Assembly: GCF_009914755.1 (NCBI RefSeq)
Contig: NC_060925.1
Length of the DNA stretch: 64,000 bases
Strand: one strand, 5' to 3'
From: the human T2T-CHM13v2.0 reference genome, Homo sapiens
Below are positions 44,601-64,000 of this stretch, piece after piece. Each line of letters begins with the position of its first letter. Positions within the stretch are counted from its first letter, which is position 1. The notes under the pieces were generated by a model. It did not search any database. It had not been told where the DNA came from and saw only the letters and a list, made by a program, of their open reading frames with translations. Position numbers and translations under genes: made by a program.

Positions 44601-45235
44601 ACGGTGCAGAATTGTGTCAATGAGGCTAGTTCAGTTGTGCAAGAGCATTTCCTCAAAGTAAGACAGAAGCTTTTAGTTACGTCAACACCTGCTAATGTTA
44701 GGCTGGCCAGAAATTTCCTGACAAATAATGGGTGAAGGTCGGGCGTGTGGTCGCTCATGCCTGTAATCTCAGCGCTTTGGGATCACTTGAGGTCAGGAGT
44801 TCGAGACCAGCTTGGCCAACTAGGCGAAACCCCATCTCTACTGAAAGTACAAAAATTAGCCGTGTGTGGTGGCGCGCATCTGTAATCCCAGCTACTCTGG
44901 AGGCTGAGGCAGGACAATCGCTTGAACCCAGGAGGCAGAGGTTGCAGTGAGCTGAGATCACGCCACTTAAAAGAAACGAAACTTTGCTGGTGACCATGTG
45001 GTGATGAAACTGAGCGTTTTGGAGCGCAGCAAGGTGACTCCCCATGTAATTAGTATAGACAGAGAGTTTGTGCTCTAAAGGTTAGAAATAAATGTTTTCG
45101 GCCTGGTGGCTCATGCCTGTAATCCCAGGACTTTGAAAGGCTGAGCCAGGCGGATCACCTGAGGTCAGGGTTCGAGACCAGCCTGGCCAACATGGTGAAA
45201 CCCGTCTCTATTAAAGATACAAAAATTAGCCAGGC

Positions 45236-46040
45236 GGAAGAAGTCACTTAGCTCTTCGCTGGTTGTCACACGTCCGGAGGCCGAGCCGTCGCGTACCTAG
45301 GATACCTGGAAGCCGAAGCCACACCTCCCGCATGGCCCCTCCGGCCAGCCGGGCCCCTCAGATGAGAGCTGCACCCAGGCCAGCACCAGTCGCTCAGCCA
45401 CCAGCAGCGGCACCGCCATCTACAGTTGGCTCTTCTGCTGCTGCGCCCCGGCAGCCAGGTCTGATGGCCCAGATGGCAACCACTGCAGCTGGCGTGGCTG
45501 TGGGCTCTGCTGTGGGGCACATACTGGGTCATGCCATTACTGGGGGCTTCAGTGGAGGAAGTAATGCTGAGCCTGCGAGGCCTGACATCACTTACCAGGA
45601 GCCTCAGGGAACCCAGCCGGCACAGCAGCAGCAGCCTTGCTTCTGTGAGATCAAACAGTTTCTGGAGTGTGCCGAGAACCAGGGTGACATCAAGCTCTGT
45701 GAGGGTTTCAATGAGGTGCTGAAACAGTGCCGACTTGCAAACGGATTGGCCTAATCAAGAAGTTCAACCTGGAGAGATGGAAAATCAGCTCTCATACTAA
45801 TTAATTTAGTATAAAAATAGAATTGGTAGTGAGGGTATAAAGTGTAAGCATCAGTTAAACTTCTCCTGTCATTCCTAGCTTCCTTGCTTCAGAATTGAAA
45901 TGGAAGGGAGGGTGTTCCTACTCTGTAGAATCTGGGACTGGGCAAATGTTTGTGTGGCCTCCTTAAACTAGCTGTTATGATTTTATTCTTTGTGAGTTAA
46001 TTAGAATAAAGTCATTTTCTTCCAAAAAAGAAAAAAAAAA
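45236..46040 (+). pseudogene. CHCHD2P6: Processed CHCHD2 retrocopy (probably CHCHD2P6); ATG>ATA at 45302, open frame 45332-45754 (140 aa)
   Basis: Intronless [10 protein letters not shown]...twin CX9C...RLANGLA*, with 5'UTR, AATAAA 46005-46010, poly(A) 46024-46040 and TSD (aaaaa)tagccaggc inside an Alu linker. Confidence 0.92.
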
Positions 46041-47409
46041 TAGCCAGGCATGGTGGTGCACGCCTTTAATCCCAGCTACTAGGGAGTCCGAGGCAGGAGA
46101 ATCGCTTGAACCTGGGAGGCAGAGGTTGCAGTGAGCCGAGGTGTGCCACTGCACTCCAGCCTGGGCAACAGGATGAGACTCCGTCTCAAAAAAAAAAATA
46201 ATAAATATTTTCACTCCACAACTGTCTTCCAATTTGGAGAGTCTGCCGTTTACTAGCTATGTGAACTCGGGTACATTAATTAAAATCCCCATGCCTCAGT
46301 TTCTTTATCCATGAAATGGGAATGATTACTCACAGTTCCTGTCTCTGAGGACTTCTAGAAGGATGAAATGAGGTCTTACATGTAGCAATATAAACTGGTG
46401 GTGAGGACTGAGCTTGAGTCAGATTACCTGCTTTGAATCCTTGTGCCGTCATGTACTGCTTGTGTATCCTTAGACAAGAGACTGTCCCTCCTCTATCCTT
46501 CAGTTTCATCTGTAAAATGAAGATAATACCTCCTAGGATTTCTGTGAGAATTAAGTGACTCAATACACATAAAGTGCTTAGAAGAGTGTCCGGCACAAAG
46601 TCAATATTTGGAAATGTTAGCAATCATTTGGAAGGTGCTTGACGCACAGCGTTGATCGATAAATGGGACCTATTCTTCTTGGTAGCACTGCTGGTCTAGA
46701 GCAGGATTCTGGTTTCTGAGCTCTCCCTGCTCTCAACCTCCACTCCACCCCATCCTGACTTAAAATTAAGGACTGGAAATATCTCTAGCCATTTATGGTC
46801 ACAGGTAATGGAGGTTCAAAGTGTGTCTCATAGAGTGATGAGAAAAGTAGGAGTCTACACTCTGAGCCAGATCCCAAGACGCTATTGAGCAGAGTCCAAA
46901 AGGGGTGAGGCCCAAGAGGAAAGCAGCTGAGGGGCAGAGCTGTGGGAACTCTGCTACAGAAGTGATTCTCTTAAGAGAGGCAGGGGGTGGTGGGGAGAGT
47001 TCAGTGAGCAGAACTGTGAGCAGGCGGGTCTGCCACAAAAGCTTGTTGGATCTAGGTGGGAGGGTGTTGTAAAATATCCTAAATCCAACCCTAACCCATT
47101 CCAAGGAGTTGAATCTTGGATCTGAATCCTAGTACAACACAGAGTACTTCTTGGATACTGGGATTTATTGATCGTGTATCATTTCTTGGGTTTACTTTCC
47201 CTCAACTCAGAAGTCATTCCTCCCTCTCCCTCATTCTCCAGGTCCAACCCATTGGCAAGTCCTGTTGACTTTTCAAAGTATCTCTCTAATTCACCTGCTT
47301 CTCTCTCTTTTGTCACCACCTTTCTAGCCCCATTAACATTTTTGTGTTTCTCCTTTTGCCCGGTACAACCCATTCTCAACAGCCAGTGTGAACTTTTCAA
47401 AACTAATTT

Positions 47410-50350
<2,941 letters not shown>

Positions 50351-50354
50351 TTTT

Positions 50355-56232
<5,878 letters not shown>

Positions 56233-56374
56233 CCTGGGAACCTGAGCACCACTAGACCAAATATAACAATTAATCAATGATTCAAGCCTCAACTGATTCC
56301 TTGATACCACCACTGGGCAATCCTAGAACATTTCTCAGCTAAACTTGCTTCAATTTGCAATGGTTATTTCAAAC

Positions 56375-57047
<673 letters not shown>

Positions 57048-57919
57048 TGATCCGCCCGCCTTGGCCTCCCAAAGTGCTGGGATTACAGGCGTGAGCCACC
57101 GCGCCCAGCTCCTCTAATTTCTCTTTGTAAAAGCCTTCAGCTGCTAATTCTCCCTTTCCTGCCACCAACAGCCTACTTACTACCTACTTACCTGCACCCA
57201 CAGCCATCTTATTTGCTCCTTCTCTCCTGTTAAAATGGAAAAGGGCTCCCTACCATGGAGGGGGAGTGGGAGTAAATGGAAAGATGCTAATCTGGCATCC
57301 ATTACAAGTTCATCTTTCAGTTTTGGTTTTCTTACTCATCCGCACCTTAGTTCTGGGCCTCTACCACTCATCAGCTGTGTGCCTTAAAAACAGGCCATTA
57401 AAGTAGCAAATATTTATTGAGTAGATTCTAAGCTGTGCCCAAAAAGGCACTGCGCTAGGTGGTAGGAGTTGCTAGGGCTAGGAAACAGACACAGTCCAAG
57501 TAGAGAGAAAATTATTTACAAGACAGGGGAATGGAGCCTTGGAGGAACTGACCTATGTGGCTGGGAGGGCAGAGAATGTGGGAAGAGCTCGGAAGAAGGG
57601 GCTGGGGAGGTAGGCGTGGGCCACAGCCAACTGGCTTCTGTAGACTAGGGAGGGTAATGATTTTGGTTTCAATCCTAAATCACTAAGACAGGAAGTGAAT
57701 TACTCTGTCGGAGCCTCAATTTCTACCTCGAAAAATATGTTTTATTACTAACTCCTGTACTAGATTGAGAGTTACGGAGAAGGATTTATCCTTTTATTCA
57801 TTTCTGCATCGCCAGCGCCCGACACATGGTAGGCGCTTAATCAATGCCTGTTCGGTGAATAAATAAGACCGGGGACTCCTCCACAGACTTCTGTCATTAA
57901 GTCAACCAGTCAGCAGAGA

Positions 57920-58800
57920 TTTCCTTCTCCGCGTTCCTTTCCTTCCCTCCCCTTTTCTTGCCCTTCCTCCCTCTCCTCTTCCACGCCCCCTTCCCACTCC
58001 TCCCCCTCCTATCCTCTCCTGGCTTCCTCCTCCTCTTCCCGGCCCCGCCCCCCGCTGCGTTGCGAAGGCGGGGAAGGCGAGGCGGGCTTTACGGCAGCCG
58101 CGTTGCGGCGGGGCGGGGCGCCGGGCGGCCGGCGCGCTTGGCGGCAGCCGTGGGAGGCAGGCCGGCAGGCAGACGGACTCGCAGGCGTGTGGCGGCGGCC
58201 GTGCTTGCTAGTGAGGGCGGGAGGGAGTGACTCACTGAGCGTGTGTGAGGGAGGGAGCGAGCGAGCGAACGAGCAGCCGGCGCCGTCCTCCCGCAGCACC
58301 AGCCAGGCCACGCCGCCGCCTCTTCCCCTGCGCCCCGCGCCCAGGCCGGGCCGAGCCGAGCCGAGCCGGGTCGGGCCCGGGCCATGCTGCTCACCGTGTA
58401 CTGTGTGCGGAGGGACCTCTCCGAGGTGACCTTTTCCCTCCAGGTCGACGCCGACTTCGAGCTGCACAACTTCCGCGCGCTGTGCGAGCTCGAGTCTGGC
58501 ATCCCCGCAGCCGAGAGCCAGGTACGCCGGGCAGCGAGCCGGGCCTGCCCCGGAGCTAAGCCCTCCCCGCCTCGGGGCCTCACTCCCTCCCTTTGCTACT
58601 GGTGAAGAATTGGGGGCTGGGGGGAGCAAGGATAGCCATTCTCAGGTCACCCCCGCATCCGGAAAGGAGCTGGGGAGCTGGCATCAGTAGCTGCCCTCAC
58701 ACACTCCGAGCATGGGGTGGGGTACGAGGAGAGGGAGCGGAGAACCTGACCGCAGACGCACCCACTGCAGCGTGAGGGGCGCGTGGACTGTTGAGCAGCG
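57920..58800 (+). promoter_or_regulatory. DDI2: DDI2 CpG-island promoter and 5'UTR; pyrimidine tract 57920-58050, GC boxes ~58043 and ~58109, AP-1 TGACTCA 58228-58234, (GCCGA)n ~58350-58369
   Basis: CpG-dense island spanning exon 1; motifs read directly. Confidence 0.88.
58384..58521 (+). CDS. DDI2: DDI2 exon 1, start of the ubiquitin-like domain ([46 protein letters not shown]); gene continues beyond the window
   Basis: gccATG context, CAG|GTACGC donor, 138 nt; recognised DDI2 N-terminus. Confidence 0.95.
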
Positions 58801-59731
58801 CTAACCCTCCCCACCTTTGGCTCTTTGGCCCTTCCCTGTTTCTAATCCCGAGTGTAGGATATCGTTGTGGACCTCAGAAGCAGCCCTGGGTTTGCTAGGA
58901 TTCATACATCCTGCAAACCAGAAATACCAGTTTGGATCACTGTGGTAGATAGATGTTCCTCTGCTTTTTTTTTTTTTTTTTTCTGGAGAGGGTTTCTGCT
59001 TAAATATACGCAGTTTACCTTTAAATGCACAGATTTGCACTTCCGGTGAAAGAAAAAGTTTAAGACTTGCACTACCTCATTTTGGGGTCTTTGGAAATGC
59101 TCTTTACCCACCACATGCGTTTCTGGTTAAATTCTTTTGAAAAACAGTACCTATTGGTTCAACTCAAGCTGTTTGTTTGTTTCGGTTCTACCCTGGTAGT
59201 AAGCCAGAAGGCCCTTTTTCTTTCAGGTCACAGTTCAGAGTTTGGGTCAGTTCAAAGCTCAATGCTTTAAAAGGATATTTGCTTGGAAACGGCCTAGTAT
59301 CAGTGCTGTTTGGTGGTTTCATTTCCCTACTCAGCTTGCTGGAAAGAAGTTCAGCCTCTCATATTTTAACTAAGCAAAGTAATTCTCAAAATGCTTTGGG
59401 GCTGCCCCTAGTCTTTATCAAACAGAATCGGTGACACTAACGCTGTAAACTTTACACTAAAACACTTAGATCATGACTTAATAAATTTAGCCTGGAGGAA
59501 ATAGTCTAAACATTAAGAAAATTATAGAGGTCTCCCAAGTCTCCATCAAGTAAATCTTGATTTTCTACTGCAGTTATGAAATAGTTTACAAAACGATTGC
59601 CCAACTGCAGCTTGTTCTGCTGTCTTATGGTAAACACGTGTCAATACTTTGTTCAGAAGTATGATTCCTTTACACAATGTGAACTTTAGAACCTTGGCAT
59701 AAAGCTGTTCAGAAAGAATTTAAAAAGTTAA

Positions 59732-60379
<648 letters not shown>

Positions 60380-61039
60380 TAGCCAGGATGGTCTCGATCT
60401 CCTGACCTCGTGGTCTGCCCGCCTCGGCCTTCCAAAGTGCTGTGAGCCACCGCACCCGGCCCGATAGTGGCTTTTTCAATTGTTTTTTCCTCTAGCTGTT
60501 ATATTACCCTGGTTATGATCACCGGCTGGTAGGGAAAATAAGAAATTAAAATGTAAATTGATTTTGTTGTTAGGGCTTGGGAAAAGACAGAGGTTGAGGT
60601 TGTTTCCATTCCTGCACTTTTTGTGATGGCTGAAACAAGAAATTTAAGTCAAAGGGATACCTGACACCCCCTTTAATTGACTTAAATTTCTTGTTACAGC
60701 CATCATAAAAGACGATTTATTGTGTGGTCAGCCAGACATTGCCCTCTGCCAGTTGGTAAAGTTAGGAATACCTTAGTAATTGAACATAGGCTAACTCCAA
60801 ATTATTTCTTGTTCATTATGTCAATGTTTCGGCATTTACTTCCTTCCCAAGCCAAATTAGCATATAGAAACTTGGGCTCCAACTGGTGTTAAGCCTGTAT
60901 TAGATAGCCATAAACAGCTCCTGTTTTTCCAGTCTGTTCTGTTGGCTCCATTGTAACCTGACAACACAGTATCTATTTTAAGGTGTCTGGTGGTCGGTTG
61001 TCTTTCACTTGCTTGCTTGCCCATCAGGCAGGAACAGGA

Positions 61040-62770
61040 TCCACCCTAGACACTTGAGTCATTTCCTTTCATCAAATCATAATAGTAAACATCACTATAG
61101 TTTTTACCCATAAATATATCATGTTTACTTACTTGAGTGTCCCCCCCCATTACCTCCCAGGGTTCTCTCATATTACTCATCTTCCCTTCCTTTCCTAGAC
61201 TGTTTAACTCCTCCTCTTGTTTACATTCTCCATTCCCATTCCTTCACCTCTCATTTCTGATTCCATTTCTTCAAGGAAATATATATATTTTTATGTTCTG
61301 GCTATTTTTTCCTGCCACTATGTGTCCACACCACTGGTGTCCAAACTTTCATTCATGTATCCCTATCAGTAAAATGTTTCAGATTATGCTTCTGTTATGT
61401 ATATAATACATTATATACATGAACTGATACGTTGTATACATTATATATGGCCACATGTGCATATAATACACATAACGTGCATTATATGCATATATAATAT
61501 GTTATCTGTAAAGTAACATTGTACACACACAAAATGGAGCTTAAGGAAGGACGAACTAAAATAAATGGAAATGAAAATTCTAATATTTTCAGTTTCTTCC
61601 TCCACCGTTAAAGAATTGTCTTGCATGGCTGCCCTACATTGGTGATCAATGGTTTAGAATTCAGTCTTTCACCTGAGTGTCAATTGCACATAAGCATATA
61701 GTTGGAAAAGGTGTTAATTTTTAACAGCTCTAGTCTGATGATAGTAGTTACAATGCAGTGATAACAAATTTAGAACAAGCCATCTCTGCTTGTACATGTG
61801 ATTAAAGCTGGGCATGTTCTGTCTCTTAATAGAAGTGTGGGCTTGGAAGCCAGTCATGGCTCTGTTTGATGCTTTGATGCAGACTTGCCTGGGTGAACTT
61901 CAAACAGTTATCAGAACTTAGCTTCACTTTAAATTAATGTCTTCATATTTTTGAGACATGATAATTTACCTCTGTAGGTGGCATATGGAAAAAGTAGGCA
62001 CAACATACAAGGACCCTCAAATGAAAGGCAAATAATAGCAGTAATTGTATGATCTTGGAAATGCACACAGCATGATTTGTGGTTTGTAAACCACTATTTT
62101 ATCTTCTGTGTGTTTGTTTTTTTGAGACAGGGTCTTGCTCTGTCACCTAGGCAGTAGTGCGCTCACAGGTCACTGTAGCCTCAACCTCCTGGGCTCAAGT
62201 GATCCTTCCACCTCAGCCTCCTAAGTAGCTGGGACTACAGGTGTATGCTACGACATATGACTAATTTTTTTGTTTTCTTTGGAGATGGGGGTTTCACTGT
62301 GTTGGCCACGCTGGTCTCAAACTCCTGACCTCGGATGATCTGCCTGCCTTGGCCTCCCAGAGTGCTGGGATTACAGGCGTGAGCCACCGCATCCGGCCCC
62401 AAATTGATAATTTTAAAGGCTACATAATATACCATCATATAGATGTGTTGTAATTTAGCAATTTCCCTTTTGTTGAGCATAATATTGGGGAAAATTGGAA
62501 GCAGTTGTAAGTAACATGCCATGAACATCCATATACTTAAGACTGTAGCCTCCATTTCTGTTTTCTCAGGATGAATTCTTAGATATGCAGTTGCCAGATC
62601 AAAAGCATAAAGTCTTTGAAAGGTTTTTAGTAAATTTAGATTATACAAGTCAAATTGGCTATTACATGGGGTAGTATATGTAGATAACTTGGTAGATATT
62701 GGGTATTTGATTAATGGTAATACTATTATGAAGCCATTCAGATGTAATTCCAAATGTTTTGTGGCCGGTT
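61040..62770 (-). mobile_element. Degraded old L1 fragments plus Alus in DDI2 intron 1
   Basis: AT-rich L1M-like 3' segments (gccatgaacatccatatac...gcagttgccagatcaaaag). Confidence 0.5.
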
Positions 62771-64000
62771 TATGGTCCTTATTTTATCTTTATTCTTTAT
62801 ATTTTAGAGATGGGATCTCGCTCTCGCCCAGGCTGGAATGCAGTGTTGCAATCACAGCTCACTGTATCCTCAACATGTTGGGGTCAAGGGATCCTCCCAA
62901 GTAGCTGCGACTTTTTTTTTTTTTTTTTGAGACGAGGTCTTGCCAGTGCTAGGCTTGAACTCCTAACCTCAAGCAGTTCTCCTGCCTCTGCCTCCCAGAG
63001 TGTTGGGATTACATGTGTGAGCCACTGCACCTGGCCTACTAGTTTATGTTCTGTAATGCTAGAAATTTATTGTTAAGCTTTTTGTTAATAGAAGGCTCTC
63101 ATTCAGAGACCAGAAAACACCTGACCTCATGCTTAAAAGTTCTGAAGTTTTATTAATTAGTCTATTGTTAAATGTTGATTAAGATTATAATTCAGTCTCT
63201 GGGGTGCCTCCTCTGGAGTAAGTACCAGCAGTTGTGCCAGTTTTGCTGATTAAGACTCATAGCTGTATACATTTTCTTGTTGTATGTTCTTATAACTGGC
63301 AAAACTTGAATTTTGGGCTTTGTAGCTGTTGAGTTGGGTAACATGAATGGTGGAAGGATCAAGAATGCCGGCAGCGGATCCCCTTTTGTTTTTATTGGTA
63401 GAGATTTGAAGCCATGTCTAATAGATACTGAATGTTTGGTTGGAAGATCACATGGATTTATTTTGGGACTTTTGCTGCAAAATAATTGTCTTTCTTGGAC
63501 TCTTAAGCCTATTTAAACAAAAAGAAATCAGTTCTTTGTGGCAATTACAATTTTAGCTAAGCTTTAGTTGATCTCATTTATGTCCTTAGATTAAAATGGA
63601 GCACAGCTGCTGCTTCGTCAGTGTGAGGAACGTGTGCGCCTCACCCAGGTTCTTCAGTCTAGTGTTTCCAGGAAATTGGCGCTGAAGCAACATTTCATAT
63701 TTCATAGACATGCTCAATGTGGTGGTTATCTAGATTTTACATTTTTATTGTTAGATCATGCTGCCTTCCTTTAAAAAATGCTATTGTCTGCTGAGGAAAT
63801 ATTGTGGCAACTAAGCAGTGATGGAGTGAAGTATGGCATCTGTGAAGTGGGAGTCAGAGCGGGCAGTTGGTGGTGTTTCTTCATGTCCAGGGCATGGGGA
63901 TGCGTTGAGCAGTGGACAGTATTTTGATCCTCTTAGTGGATAGAGTCTCTTAGTGGCAATGGATGGCTTAGTAGTACTTGTTAAAATCACCCAGCTAATT

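Noticed and set aside
45263-45331. 163-aa version of the CHCHD2 retrocopy ORF
   Set aside because: It starts at TTG in copied 5'UTR and runs through the mutated ATA; the first real ATG is at 45332.
45521-45523. Thr>Ile in the CHCHD2 retrocopy (GHILGH) as the Parkinson mutation T61I
   Set aside because: Counting along CHCHD2 places it at residue 75; Thr61 (MATTAAG) is intact.
58228-58240. Antioxidant response element for NFE2L1 feedback on DDI2
   Set aside because: TGACTCA is present but lacks the GC required by TGACnnnGC on either strand; AP-1-like only.
57958-58775. Long overlapping ORFs (up to 206 aa) at the DDI2 promoter
   Set aside because: CpG-island artefacts; only 58384-58521 has a Kozak ATG, a donor site and a recognisable protein.

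Overview
Human/primate genomic DNA, extremely Alu-dense, recognisable as the 1p36.21 interval DNAJC16 (+, last 8 coding exons and 3'UTR), AGMAT (-, complete 7-exon gene, 352 aa) and DDI2 (+, CpG-island promoter and exon 1). Between AGMAT and DDI2 lie three retrocopies: CHCHD2 (inside an Alu), CD24 (inside an MLT1 LTR) and U7 snRNA (inside an old L1, split by an Alu). The same interval holds a solo LTR12 about 3 kb upstream of AGMAT and co-oriented with it, plus MER4, MER21 and MST LTRs and several DNA transposons. The main unexplained signal is an orphan CpG island at ~43950-44600. It carries RFX, CCAAT, E-box and E2F motifs, a minus-strand frame with strong coding periodicity (hand-counted GC1/GC2/GC3 62/49/84%) but no initiating ATG, and is followed by a chain of exon-like unique segments down to ~33150. 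This is consistent with a decayed protein-coding gene (unitary pseudogene) that kept its promoter. Gene and repeat names come from my recall of the sequences; no database search was run. Most ORFs in the supplied track are Alu artefacts.
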